A stretch of DNA of 63,976 nt, the filler included, from Octopus bimaculoides (lineage: Eukaryota): the NCBI RefSeq assembly GCF_001194135.2. It is 8 parts of 6 records of this genome, joined end to end, with 100 filler letters (N's around TTAATTAATTAA, not from the genome) between each part and the next. Parts side by side here need not be neighbours in the genome. Positions count along the whole stretch, not along the records: positions 1 to 22,352 come from NC_068993.1; 7 more parts are not named here. The stretch is one strand, 5' to 3'. The position numbers and the translations under genes were made by a program. The notes under the pieces were generated by a model. It was given only the letters and a program-made list of their open reading frames with translations. It was not told the origin of the DNA and searched no databases. This document shows positions 1 through 13,140 of this stretch, piece by piece. The first letter of the stretch is position 1. Each line of letters begins with the position of its first letter.

Positions 1-50
<50 letters not shown>
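1..50. repeat. (AT)n microsatellite (representative of many)
   Basis: Direct reading. Most N gaps in the window are flanked by such runs. Confidence 0.98.
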
Positions 51-58
<8 letters not shown>

Positions 59-60
<2 letters not shown>

Positions 61-400
61 AGGATGATTCAGAAGTCGCCATACATAGAAAATTTTTATT
101 TTTTTTATAAGAAACAGTTAAATAAAAAACAAATTGTTCTTATAAAAGCCTGATGGGCATATTATTATCCACGTCCTAATTTCAAGAGCTATTATTCAGA
201 AAAAAGAGATTTTAGTGCATTAAAGCATGAAATATGGGCCCAAGTTGGCATATAGCAACTAGAATGATTTTTGAGATATTAAGAGTGGTGGGGGAATATG
301 CTTTGTCTCCCACTAAATATGATAATAAGGAACAAAATTCTTCGCTTTGAGGGTTCCAGAGCTCAGAAATGCACTGGGACTTACTTGAGTACATTGTTCA
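59..400 (-). mobile_element. Possible decayed Tc1/mariner terminus
   Basis: TA followed by CAGGATGATTCAGAAGTCGCC resembles Tc1-type TIRs (CAGGGTG...). No clear transposase motif. Confidence 0.25.
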
Positions 401-474
401 AAATCACTGTTTAGTCCAAAATAGTGGAGCACACCAAACAGACAAGCACAATTTGAATTTTAATGTTACGAAGT

Positions 475-688
475 AAGGCGGTGAACTGGCAGAGATGTTA
501 GTACACCGGGCGAAATGCTTAGCGGTATTTCGTCTGTCTTTACGTTCTGAGTTCAAATTCCGCCGAAGTCAACTTTGCCTTTCATCCTTGATAAATTAAG
601 TACCAGTAGTGTACTGGAGTCGATCGAAATCGACTGGTCCCCATCCCCCAAAATTTCGGTCCTTGTGTCTAGAGTAGAAAAGAATATT
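475..688 (+). mobile_element. SINE family A (tRNA-derived, octopus-type), full copy
   Basis: Head aaggcggtgaactggcaga, B-box-like gagttcaaattcc, body gataaattaagtaccag...ggagtcgatcgaaatcgact. Many homologous copies in the window. Confidence 0.85.
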
Positions 689-779
689 ACGAAGTAAGTC
701 AGTCAACCATATATAATTACTTTTAAGTTATCTTTACAGTTATTCTATAGAATTTAGAGCCATGTAAACTAAGCGATCG

Positions 780-1003
780 AAGACAGAGAAATAGCTAATT
801 GGTGTATATGCATATTTCGGGAGTTATTGCTCCTTCTTCAGCGTCACATCCAGCTACTTAAGTATCCACGGACACATTGCTTAAATAGCCACTAAGTTTA
901 GCGGTATAACATTATCGGATAGACCAATTTATATCTTATACACAGTCCTAGCAACTGGTACATATTAATTGCTGGTAGGGAGACCGTATCTAGTTATGCA
1001 ACC

Positions 1004-1010
<7 letters not shown>
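780..1010 (-). mobile_element. Dispersed repeat carrying the hammerhead motif (probable Penelope-like terminal region)
   Basis: Aligns by eye over about 230 bp with 32770-33010 (shared cacattg.ttaaatagccact, ttat.ggata.a.caattt, ctggtacata). Confidence 0.55.
797..850 (-). ncRNA. Minimal type I hammerhead ribozyme motif (Penelope-type), partly decayed
   Basis: Minus strand reads CTGAAGA-A-GGAG(caataa)CTCC-C-GAAA, with a perfect palindromic helix III ATATGCATAT (806-815) and an AUA cleavage triplet. Helix I is imperfect. Confidence 0.6.
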
Positions 1011-1048
<38 letters not shown>

Positions 1049-1444
1049 CACACACACACAAACACGCATATATAAATTTGTTGTGCAAAATATGGGATTC
1101 AATAGAATATTGTGGAAACCAGAAAGCTCCTCTGGTAGACCCGGCTATCATACCATGCAGTAATCCAATATGATGGAGTATAATGCACAGTTCTGTGCAG
1201 CTGGAAATCAGGAGATCCGATCGATGGGAATCTTTCACCAAGAATATATAAACCTTAAAAACTCAGCAAGTATGAGAGATAAATACATTTAACCAACCAC
1301 TTTGTTACCCTTGGGATCACAGCCGTTTCGTAATACACTGAAATTATTAGAACATGATGAAGGATGTGAAACGGCCGTAATCCTAAGAATAACAAGTGGT
1401 TGAATAAATATATTCACTTGTGATACCTCTAGACTCTTTTATGG

Positions 1445-1489
<45 letters not shown>

Positions 1490-2897
1490 NNNNNNNNNNN
1501 NNNNNNNNNNNNNNNNNNNNNNNNNNNNNNNNNNNNNNNNNNNNNNNNNNNNNNNNNNNNNNNNNNNNNNNNNNNNNNNNNNNNNNNNNNNNNNNNNNNN
1601 NNNNNNNNNNNNNNNNNNNNNNNNNNNNNNNNNNNNNNNNNNNNNNNNNNNNNNNNNNNNNNNNNNNNNNNNNNNNNNNNNNNNNNNNNNNNNNNNNNNN
1701 NNNNNNNNNNNNNNNNNNNNNNNNNNNNNNNNNNNNNNNNNNNNNNNNNNNNNNNNNNNNNNNNNNNNNNNNNNNNNNNNNNNNNNNNNNNNNNNNNNNN
1801 NNNNNNNNNNNNNNNNNNNNNNNNNNNNNNNNNNNNNNNNNNNNNNNNNNNNNNNNNNNNNNNNNNNNNNNNNNNNNNNNNNNNNNNNNNNNNNNNNNNN
1901 NNNNNNNNNNNNNNNNNNNNNNNNNNNNNNNNNNNNNNNNNNNNNNNNNNNNNNNNNNNNNNNNNNNNNNNNNNNNNNNNNNNNNNNNNNNNNNNNNGCT
2001 CGTACGTGCTGGTTCTATGAATAGTTAATTCTAAATATAAGAAACAAGGTATAAAGCTAGGAAAAGAGATCAAGCAATTAAATCTACTCCATTACTTGAC
2101 TGATACGTTAGTATTTTATCACTGTAGACGATGAAAGGAGGGCAAAGCTGACCTTGGTGACGTTCGAACTCGTAGCCTAACGTTCCGTTAAAGCTATAAT
2201 AACTGTCAATACGCTGGTGAAAACTACCGTGGTGGTAGTGAGAGCAACGACAGTGTTAACGATACATGAGGATGATATAAATGTTGTTACAACACCCCTT
2301 TCATAGAACACACACACGCACACGCACATAGTATATATATGTAATTACTCTCAGCCTCTCTGAACCTATACTCCCTGGACATTGCGGTTACAAATGGAAA
2401 GAAATCGTATTTTAGAGAGGCAATATAATCAACTACCCATCACACACACAACGTGACAGTCTGCTATCATTTCATCTTAGTTGTATCTATTTTCCTACAT
2501 CATATAGTTACTATACGAAACCTACGGTTTGAGACTGGTGTATAAATACGGAGACGCGTGTCACATCAGTATATCTGAATATTACAAGCACATCGATAAG
2601 TATGCATATATATGCTCATAAATCTGTCTAGTATCTATGTGTGCAAATATGCATACATATGCGTGTGTGTGCGTCTATATTATATGTATATAATTCTATA
2701 TATACGTATACAATTATACATGTATATATATATATATATACGTGTGCAACTGAAAGCATGGTAGTGTTCATATTTATATCTACAATATGTGTGTGTATTG
2801 CTTCAATTTCAGACATATCTTCTTTGTCTAATATATATGTACCTATTCCCTAAACACATGCACATACATACACACACATGCGCACACTCTGTTAGAG

Positions 2898-3189
2898 CAG
2901 TGCTTCTCAAGCTATCTAATGTGACATACCGGCAGTTTTTTTTTTCCAGTGTGCCAGGGACCGGCAGTATTTCTTAGTAATATTAATTCATACCGGAAAC
3001 AATATATATAATGAATATAATGAAAACTGACAATTGTTTTCATCTTATATTCATTTCGTAAACAAATAATATAATATTACACAAGCATTTTATAAATGTC
3101 TCTTTCTTTTCTGGAAACTCGCTGCGTACCAGCAGCTGATGGCTCGCGGACCGGCACCGGTCCGTGGACCACCACTTTGAGTAGCACTG
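2898..3189. mobile_element. Non-autonomous hAT (Buster/Charlie-type) MITE
   Basis: TIRs CAGTGCTTCTCAA and TTGAGTAGCACTG (12/13). Perfect 8-bp TSD TGTTAGAG at 2890-2897 and 3190-3197 with central TA. Confidence 0.92.
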
Positions 3190-3410
3190 TGTTAGAGTGT
3201 CTATTGAAATAATGAAATACACACACAAGAATGGATGTATTATATACCTTATTTGTCCCCTTTAAATATTATTCTGTCCCTTAAAAGCAATAAATAATGA
3301 GACAATAAAGAACCTTTCTACCTCATCGTCCCCATCACACACATACACACACAAATGAAAGTATCTCATAAGAAAATAATCTTTTGCCACTTCTGCCTTC
3401 ACTTGATAAA

Positions 3411-3449
<39 letters not shown>

Positions 3450-4067
3450 GTTTCAGGATTCGCTACGCTAGAATCTAGGTATATCACCATGATGGCAGAC
3501 TTTTGCCATGGTGTAATCGATGAGTGTATCAATAAAATGCTGCCGAAACAGCTGTTGTGAAGTTTAAACCCCACTTGTGCGTGTATATGAAGGAGTAGCC
3601 TCAACGATAACGGCGTGAAACTACTAAGATATCTTGGACGCTTACTGAGGAGGAATTAGCTGCAAATTTTCCGTGTTNNNNNNNNNNNNNNNNNNNNNNN
3701 NNNNNNNNNNNNNNNNNNNNNNNNNNNNNNNNNNNNNNNNNNNNNNNNNNNNNNNNNNNNNNNNNNNNNNNNNNNNNNNNNNNNNNNNNNNNNNNNNNNN
3801 NNNNNNNNNNNNNNNNNNNNNNNNNNNNNNNNNNNNNNNNNNNNNNNNNNNNNNNNNNNNNNNNNNNNNNNNNNNNNNNNNNNNNNNNNNNNNNNNNNNN
3901 NNNNNNNNNNNNNNNNNNNNNNNNNNNNNNNNNNNNNNNNNNNNNNNNNNNNNNNNNNNNNNNNNNNNNNNNNNNNNNNNNNNNNNNNNNNNNNNNNNNN
4001 NNNNNNNNNNNNNNNNNNNNNNNNNNNNNNNNNNNNNNNNNNNNNNNNNNNNTAGTTCTTACACAAA

Positions 4068-4116
<49 letters not shown>

Positions 4117-4199
4117 CAGACATTAGACTTAAGTTTCAAAAGTTTATAGGCAGAGGATTGGAATTTATATTGATATAAAGCAATTTCTTGTTAGGCGTA

Positions 4200-4760
4200 C
4201 AATAACAGTAATTTTTTTGTAATATCTACATTATAATTATATCTCAATTATAAACTATATTTAGCTCGATTTAGATTGGTATCAGCTGCGGTCTCTAAGC
4301 TCATCTCTTTGAATATATTGATCAAAATCTTTCCAAAAAATATCCATTGCGTCATTAATACTTCGGAAAATGAATAGCGCATCATCACGGTAGAAGCCGG
4401 ACACTGTAAAGCTTTCGAAGTGTAAGATGTGCAACCTTATCAATACAGAAATCTCAGACCCATCGACTAATGCCATGCCAACCTCAAAAAATCCCTGGTC
4501 ATTACGTTTAATTTTAAAATACTTATGATAAACTTGGAAATATTTCCTAATATTGAGAATAAAACTACTGAATTCTACATTTTTTTTTTACAAGAAGTTA
4601 TTCAGTTATGGACGGGTACAACTCTGCTATATCAAACTGTACACATTTACAACGTTGCTTGTTATTTATGTCACTGGACCACTTGATCGCTGACATTATT
4701 ATTCCACTGGGAAAAACATGTGTTGTTGTGCTTAATGTTAAAAATGATAGAAACTAGAAT
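4200..4760 (-). mobile_element. Penelope-like element RT fragment
   Basis: Minus-strand peptides KQRCKCVQFDIAELYPSITE and MALVDGSEISVLIRLHIL...GFYRDDALF match Penelope RT motifs (FDI..FYPSI, MGS.DGAE, GLYRDDGL). Confidence 0.8.
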
Positions 4761-5747
4761 AGTTTTATTGCCATAACCTCTATCATTCATAATTTATACG
4801 CATTAGCACTGCAGACCTAAAAAAATCTAATATCATGTACTTTAACATATAACATATACACATATATACACACATACATATATAACACACACACATACAA
4901 CATATAACACACGCACACATACACACTTATCTAACGGGATACAAGGCGCGTGCATTTTCTTTCAAACTACGTCCCAGAATTCCAGCCTGTAGCATAAATT
5001 CTTGCTGGCAAGTGGAAGTTCAGGTACTGCAATGGCCCGGAAAATATACTGCAAGTATGCCTCTTACAGTATTTTCTGAGCCTTTCAATAACGTTTATTT
5101 CAGATAAAATAACATCACTGAAAAGAAGTTTTATTTTTTTATTTTAAGTCAGCGATCATTTAACACAATATATAATAAAATATATTGGTTAATAACCGTT
5201 GTGTATGGGTAACATTGAATCAAAATTTAAATCGCTGTATATTTCAAAATTTTACTTGTAATTCAAAGTGTGTGTGTGTGTGTATGTGTGTTCGCTATCG
5301 GAGATATGAGTACTGAATATCATGAGTCGGTCAGTGTCATGCTATTCTGGGTTTCGCTTGTGGATGCACAGGTTCTTCGGGCAAGTGAAAAGACCTTGAG
5401 CACTCACGGGCGAAACTCAGAGTAGCAAGTGACTGATTTGCTGAAAATAATATATGTGAGTGAGCGTACGTTGTAAGAAGCGCGAAGAGCATGTTATGGA
5501 AAAGGGGGTTGCGATGCGGTTGTCCCAGTGACAGAAAAGAGTGATTTTTTCTGGACAACATTCAGTGATTAAGACATTATATGGAAATATAACGCGGAAT
5601 GAAATAATTCCGAACCCTAAACTGTTGCAACATTAGGTTTCTGGACAGAGAGAATGAAATCTATAGTACTGTGCAGTGGCGTCCAGTCTGGCAATTAGTA
5701 TAGCTTTCAATCTCAAAGTTAGGCGCTTGACCTTTCAGAATCTTCCA

Positions 5748-5783
<36 letters not shown>

Positions 5784-6510
5784 TCTTTTAGCCTCTCCCA
5801 GTAGTCCTTTTGTTGCACCGGAGAATCTTCTGGGCCTAGTGGCATTGGGTTGCCTCGAGTTCTGTTGTTAATTTAATGCTTTGTGACGCCCATGATTGGG
5901 AGCGGTAATCCAGACGACAAGGACGTCTCCATCAGAGTAATTAGGTTTTCTTTTCCGTCTTCTTGAAAGCCTCAGAATCCAACCGCTTGTGTTCCATTCT
6001 TTTAAGAATGAGAGAGTAATTCAAGGAAACGCGTATTAGTATTAGTAACAAATTTACTTNNNNNNNNNNNNNNNNNNNNNNNNNNNNNNNNNNNNNNNNN
6101 NNNNNNNNNNNNNNNNNNNNNNNNNNNNNNNNNNNNNNNNNNNNNNNNNNNNNNNNNNNNNNNNNNNNNNNNNNNNNNNNNNNNNNNNNNNNNNNNNNNN
6201 NNNNNNNNNNNNNNNNNNNNNNNNNNNNNNNNNNNNNNNNNNNNNNNNNNNNNNNNNNNNNNNNNNNNNNNNNNNNNNNNNNNNNNNNNNNNNNNNNNNN
6301 NNNNNNNNNNNNNNNNNNNNNNNNNNNNNNNNNNNNNNNNNNNNNNNNNNNNNNNNNNNNNNNNNNNNNNNNNNNNNNNNNNNNNNNNNNNNNNNNNNNN
6401 NNNNNNNNNNNNNNNNNNNNNNNNNNNNNNNNNNNNNNNNNNNNNNNNNNNNNNNNNNNNNNNNNNNNNNNNNNNNNNNNNNNNNNNNNNNNNNNNNNNN
6501 NNNNNNNNNN

Positions 6511-6553
<43 letters not shown>

Positions 6554-6743
6554 TCAGAACGCATTGCAATTACCAGACAGTATATGTTAAGTTATGTTCC
6601 ATTTGTGCCTATCCTGATTTTCACATTCCTGTGTATTATTTATTTAGCATGGCATAGCAAATCTCCAGCAGATCGACTTATCCTGTAGAAAACCGTATTC
6701 TGAACACTGAGACCAAATCCCCAACACCGACATCATATTACGT

Positions 6744-6797
6744 GGGAGAGTAAGTGACGGCATCTCACGCGGGAGAGTAAGTGACGGCATCTCACAT
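6744..6797. repeat. 27-bp tandem duplication
   Basis: g(t/c)gggagagtaagtgacggcatctcac twice. Confidence 0.9.
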
Positions 6798-7019
6798 GAA
6801 AGATATTTGTAGGCAGTGACACAATAGGCTAACTAGACAATACTCTTTCAAGCTCTCTCTTTCTCTCTCAATCTTCTGTTGCCCTTTGAATTTCTTTTTC
6901 ATTCCCGTTGAGAGATGGTTGGTGTCAATAGCGGCATGAGGTATAATTTGACTTCATTGAGAAAAGACAGCTGGTAACCAGAAGAACTAAGAGTATATAT
7001 ATATATATATAATGATACA

Positions 7020-7200
7020 TACATCAGCTCTATCGGATATGTATGTGTGCACTGATCCAAAGGTCCAACGCATCTCGTCTAGAGGAAGGACCAAGTACTG
7101 CAACGACTTGGGATTCAAAGGCCCAAAGTTATTCAATACCTTACACAAAAACCTGAGACACTTACATGGAGTGGGGTTAGATGTTTTCAAGAGATTCACA
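7020..7200 (+). mobile_element. LINE ORF2 3' end (CR1/Jockey-like group)
   Basis: RTKYCNDLGFKGPKLFNTLHKNLRHLHGVGLDVFK, same family as 52440-52860. Confidence 0.65.
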
Positions 7201-7301
7201 AGAGAATGTGTGTGTGTGTGTGCGTAAATATATTTGAAATATGTATATAATATCATATATATTACATATGTAATGTAAATATCATATATTCTATATAATG
7301 G

Positions 7302-7365
<64 letters not shown>

Positions 7366-7557
7366 GAAGGAGAGATACAGAATTCATATGCATATATGCG
7401 CGCGCGTGTGTACGCTTTTATAGATTACGTCATTATACCCACAAATGTCTGCTCTCTCTGAAACGCATGTCAGTGAATTTCTCCTTAACGAAATGAAAGT
7501 TCATTGCATTTATCACACTATCGAAAATCCCCGGTATCTACTTTCTCTTTCCCTATA

Positions 7558-7601
7558 CTACTCCATTTCATGCTACTCCATTTCATGCTACTCCATTTCA
7601 T
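7558..7601. repeat. 15-bp tandem repeat, 3 copies
   Basis: ctactccatttcatg x3 (last copy lacks the final g). Confidence 0.9.
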
Positions 7602-8906
7602 TAAATCTCTTCAACAACCGAACATTTGCCGACAACGAAGTCATTTAGCTATATTAGGAAAAGAGTTTCAATGCATGTCGTACCTGCTTTTAAATATTTT
7701 GGTGGCTAAAGTCGCATAACGCTTTGGGAATCTACGACTTTTATAGAACTGTTATGCTCTACTTCTTTTTTGGTCTAACACTTATTTCGGAAGGACAATT
7801 TCTTGCAGTAATGAATTTGTAATAAGTGTCTGTAATCATAACTAGATCATTGAATTTTACTCTTGTTTTTTTTCTGTCTTACCTATGTTAATCAATGCTG
7901 TACTCCAAGCGTTGCAGAACATAAAAATTTGTTGGATTTCTGTATATAAATTTGCAGTATCTATGGTGACGTGGAAATGCATATATCACAATGCGGAAAA
8001 AAAATCTGGCAAAGAGTGTTGCCACAGTTATATTGCAGAGTGGGTTGAACCATGTAATACATCTACTTCTAATCCTACATCAACGAAACCCGAACCTACT
8101 TCTAGCTAACACATCCTTGTAATAGGAAGAATGGTTCAGAAAATACCTCCTCGCTAGAAATGCTCGAAAGCTGCGACTTACGTTTCTAAGTTTTTTAATA
8201 TTCCTAGAGCAGTTAGAACCGACTAATGGAAGTTGAAAGTCTATTAGCTTTGTGGAATGTACAACAGAACCCCATAGAGACATTAAGAGTTACATATAGG
8301 TAATCAATACCGCGCCGCTTGATACTAATAGTAAAAAGCAAAGGCGATGCCTTTTAAAGTAAGGTATAATTTCTATTCTTATTCTTATTATAATCGTACA
8401 CGTGTGCGTGTGTATGTGTACTTGTGAGTCGAATAGAGAAAAAGTTATAGGATTTACTGCCATCTTCACCACTACCCCCACCATTATCCCCTTTACAACT
8501 ATGGCAGTTTCTGCTGCTGCTGTTACTGCTGTTGCTGCCGCTGCTGCTGCTCTCTGTAATTATCGAATAACCTTTTTCCTGAGATGGAAAGAGAAAGTAG
8601 AAGATATGTGGAAACAAATAATCATGTTGAATGGCGAGAAAAGTGATATATATATATATATATATATANNNNNNNNNNNNNNNNNNNNNNNNNNNNNNNN
8701 NNNNNNNNNNNNNNNNNNNNNNNNNNNNNNNNNNNNNNNNNNNNNNNNNNNNNNNNNNNNNNNNNNNNTATATAAATATAAGTATATGCATATATATACA
8801 TGTATGTACATACCTTCATCTACATAGACATATAGATACATATCTGGGTACATGACGTTGCAAGTAGACATATATATGTATACATACAGTTGCATACATG
8901 TATGCA

Positions 8907-8945
<39 letters not shown>

Positions 8946-9189
8946 GCATACATATACGTACATATACACATACGTATACATGAGCATACATTTAAATACA
9001 CGTATATACATACATGCATATATATACATACATATTTATTCTCACACATACACACACACATGGATGAATATGTAAAATATTTCTATATTTACACACGTCC
9101 GAGAAGAGTATTCAAAACATAACGTATTATTATTGTTATTATTATTAATTATTATTATTATTACTAAGCTATTACATACTACTTTGTTA

Positions 9190-9400
9190 CTGTGATTAGC
9201 GGAGGTATCATCCTGAGGTTTCGTGGCAACGAGTCTCCTCGGATCGGATCACCGGATTCCTTCTAAGGATTCTTGAAAAATGCTATACAGGATGGCACCT
9301 TGTTGCAGGCCAACAATACCTGGTCTCTTCTGGTATCCTTCAGTCTCCTTGACAGCAGTCTGGGTGATATGCCAGGTACACAAATTATCATTGACATCAT
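9190..9400 (-). mobile_element. R4/Dong-like LINE 3' end fragment
   Basis: Minus-strand LQQGAILYSIFQESL resembles the terminal LQK.A.LGTA.ILR motif, followed by a tail and a TAA repeat. Confidence 0.4.
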
Positions 9401-9754
9401 CATTATCATGATTCTTATCCATAAGTCAGTATAGATGGGAGAGTGCCCGTAATTTTTTTGTGTCCCTCACATAAATTCAGATTAAACGTTTAATTTTGCA
9501 ACAATACGAAAGAATTTCACAAATTCTGTTGTCATCTTACATTGGGTTAACATATATTTGTGTGTTTGTCAATTAAACAGTATAATAGATTAATTAGTTA
9601 TTCGTCCATTACAGCACAGTGTCACGCTTGCCTATGACTTATTTTAAGGTGTCTTAACACCAGGTGCATTAGGAATATATTCTCTTACGCCTAAAAGCGC
9701 AGCCGACCACGAACTAACAACACACACACACCTTGTGTATCGGTATTCGGTTTT

Positions 9755-9785
<31 letters not shown>

Positions 9786-10739
9786 ACACAGCATCAATAC
9801 TGGACTAATTTATATTATAAAGTTTCTATTTTTCTCGGAGAATTGTCTCGCATTCTAACACACATAGTTTTAACTTTTACGTGTTTGAATAAGTACAGAA
9901 ATGTGTGCGTGTACGCTCGCGCGCGCACACACGCACTCACACACACACACACACACACACAAATTGATTCTGGTTTTAGGCCTCTCTATGCTTTTTTTCT
10001 TCCCGCTTCTTATTTTTATTTTGCACGATACTCAAAGCATTTGGTCGAGATTACGGAATATATAAATTACTGGAGGAAAGTTTATTATTATTATTATTAT
10101 TTGGAGTGCAATAATTTTGATTACTATTATTATTATCATCATTATCACTTATGTAATATAACTTTTCATTTTAAAACATTTTTAAACATATTTCCATTCT
10201 CGTTGGTCTTGTTATTTCAATATATTTTCGTATCTAATATTATTATTATTATTATTATTAAGTGTAATGGAACAGTATCATGGGGATTAGATCAACCCCG
10301 GTACTTGACAAGAATTTTGTTTTATTGAAACCGAAATAATGAAAAGCAAAATTAACCTCGACGACAAAATATAAAGGTGCGGAACAAACCGTTTTGCAAA
10401 TCATTTTGTTCGTTGCCCTAATGTCTTTGTTAGGTCACCGTTCTGATAAGACTCAGTCACAAAGCAAACGTAGTATCTGCAGAAAAGAGGAAGAAAATAT
10501 TTAACATCTCCCTAGTGAGTGCAGTAAGCTAGCGCAAAAAGAATATAAGTGCATGTATGACTGTGTCGATTAAAGAGTGCGTTGTTGCGTTAGCTGAGTT
10601 TGTGAAGAATTAGTATGAACACAGATCAGAGCTGTGATAGTGAATAATTATTACTACATTTTGTGATCATTTTATTGTAGCAAGAAGACCAAATGCGACA
10701 GAAATAAAAATGAAAACATAAACGTGTAAAATCATAGAT

Positions 10740-11030
10740 TCTTCAGTACCATGTGACTACAGTGGTTACCAAATAAATGAACAAGCTGAGCGATGAGATT
10801 GCGGAAGACAACAGTAATAAATACTCCTATGGTAGTTGGTGTACATGGCACAACACTCAAACTGTTACCTAAGATGTTGAAGGATATTGGAAGTGAGATA
10901 CGTATTGTCGACTTGTAGCAAAGTGCCATCCACTATTTTGGTGCCATCGTGGAAAGGATTTTTGTGAGTTGAGATGATTTGTCATCGGATTTCACGATAA
11001 CATCCCTGCAAACTTAATTAGCATGCAATA
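10740..11030 (+). mobile_element. R4/Dong-like LINE 3' end (restriction-like endonuclease region)
   Basis: Frameshifted PMVVGVHGTTLKLLPKMLKDIGSEIRIVDL, then an AAT tail. Confidence 0.55.
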
Positions 11031-11050
11031 GCCTAACAGCAGCAGCAACA

Positions 11051-11083
<33 letters not shown>

Positions 11084-11084
11084 G

Positions 11085-11550
11085 TTCTTTCTACTGGAAG
11101 CACAAGGCCTCCAATTTGGGGGAAGGGATTGAATCGATTGTATCGACCCCAATGTGTAACTGGTACTTATTTAATCGACTCCCGAAAGGATGAAAGGCAA
11201 AGTCAATCTCGGCGGAATTTGAACTCAGAACGTTAAGACAGATAAAATACCGCTAAGCATTTCGCCCGGCGTGCTAACGATTCTGCCAGCTCGCCACCTT
11301 GAACAACAACAATAATAATAATAATAATAAAAATAAGACCTTCTTCTATAGGCAAAAGGCCTGAAATTTTGAGTGAGGGGACTAGTCGATTACATCGACA
11401 CCAGTGTTTTACTGGTATCTAATTCATCGACTCCGAAAGGATGAAAGGCAAAGTCGACCTCGACGGAATTTGAACTCAGAACGTAGTGACGGGCGAAATA
11501 CCGCTAAGCATTTCGTCCGGCGTGCTAACGATTCTGCCAGCTCACCGACT
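11085..11550 (-). mobile_element. Two tandem SINE family A copies separated by (AAT)n
   Basis: Reverse complements of the family A sequence at about 11085-11302 and 11340-11550. Confidence 0.85.
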
Positions 11551-12104
11551 TAATAATAATAATAATAATAATAATAAAACGGGGACTAACCACGTGGGTA
11601 ACACAAATAGAATCTGAAGATGTTGGTGGTTCCTGAGCAATAACGGATAGTAGTAGAGTTTATTGTTATTAGTGGTGGTTTGTGTGGGTTGTAAATACCA
11701 TCAGGGACTGATTCTGCTTGGGCAAAAGGAAACCCAACAAGGAAACTATTATTAAAAATAGAAAATGGTTTATAAAATACGTAACAGAAAATAAATTCAT
11801 GTGCCATGAAGAGATCTGAATTTTAAAGTTTCGCGTGGGACTGATCCTTGAAGAAATGAGAACTGTGTTACAGTTCTATATTTAAGAGATGAGGAATTAT
11901 GTACATTATTTATATTTGACGGATATTTCGCGTAGTGGGGTATATTCTAGATGAAATCGCATCCCCAGACTCCTGAATTCTGTTGGGAGTTTGTAGGAAT
12001 GTCGACCCCGGAAATATGAAGCTGAAGCTAACTTGGGTTAATCAATTTTCTTTGATTATATTTGGTTAGTTTTTTATAGTTTGTTCTTTATACTGGCAAC
12101 ATTT

Positions 12105-12335
12105 TAAGGCGGTAAGTTGGCGGAGTCGTTAGCATGCCGGTTAAAATGTTTGGCCGCACTTCGTTCGTCTTTTTACGTTCTGAGTTCAGATTCCGTTGAG
12201 GTTGACTTAGTCTTCCATCGTACCAGGGTCGATAAAATAAGTACCAGTTGAGTACTGGGGGCTTGATGCAGTCCACTAGCCCGCTATATCATCACCTAAG
12301 TTTCAGGCCTTGTGCCTGTAGTAGAAAGAATTATG
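12105..12335 (+). mobile_element. SINE family A
   Basis: aaggcggtaagttggcggagtcgttagcatgccgg...ttctgagttcagattcc...gataaaataagtaccagttg. Confidence 0.8.
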
Positions 12336-12339
12336 ATGA

Positions 12340-12895
12340 TCATGATCATGATCATCATCATCATCAGTAGTAGCAACAATAGAAGAAGAAGAAGAAGAAG
12401 AATTATGCTGATTGTGGTAATGATGATGGATTGAAGACTGCTGTTATGCTAATATTGAGGGAGAAAGAGGGAGAGAGAAAGAGAGAGAGGGAAAGTGAAA
12501 GAGAGAGAGAAGGAGAAAAGAAGAGAGGGAGAGAGACGGTGTTGCAGTTAATGGCGCCTGGTTTAATACCTGGAGACTTTCTAAATCCTTTATTTAATAA
12601 AGTCTACACAAGAAAACAACAAGAACGCCACACCACCACCTCCACCATCACCACCATCATCATCACGCCACCCCTCCCGCCTCAGGCGCCCTCGCCGCTC
12701 CCCCACCATCACCATTTCCTCCCCATTCCCACCACCACCACCACGCCCAGTAAGAACAACATGAGCAACAACCATTACTATTAAAACAACAACCACTTCC
12801 ATCACCACCACCACCACCACCACCGCCACCACCATGTCCAACAACAGCAACAACAGCTATAACACCACCACCAACAGCAACAGCAACAACCCCTA
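12340..12895. repeat. Compound low-complexity region (ATC, GAA, GA, ACC, AAC repeats)
   Basis: Direct reading. Confidence 0.9.
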
Positions 12896-13140
12896 GTAAA
12901 CAACTCAAAGCAGGGGCCTCTATATGGTCATTCGATTTGGCTAGAAATAGCACCGAAATCTTTCTCAAAACACAACCCCCACCGTTTTAGAAAGGAACAC
13001 GTTGGATATTAATACATTGATAGTACGTCCCATGAACACAGAAAAATAAAACGGGATGGTCACAGATAGAATGCCGTTGATCATAGATTTATCTACTCGC
13101 TTAGAGCTGACCTAGGGTTAAATAACATAGCATCAACAAT
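12890..13140 (+). mobile_element. SINE/LINE-tail family C (ctagaaatagca...gggatggtcac...gaatgcc.ttgatca...caacaac)
   Basis: Related copies at about 18380-18500, 15930-16100 and 58545-58640. Confidence 0.55.

Noticed and set aside
475-560. tRNA genes at SINE heads
   Set aside because: A and B boxes are present but there is no full cloverleaf. They continue into SINE bodies, so they are not counted as tRNAs.
6584-6688. 34-aa hydrophobic small ORF MLSYVPFVPILIFTFLCIIYLAWHSKSPADRLIL
   Set aside because: T-rich sequence often yields hydrophobic ORFs by chance. No homology or promoter evidence.
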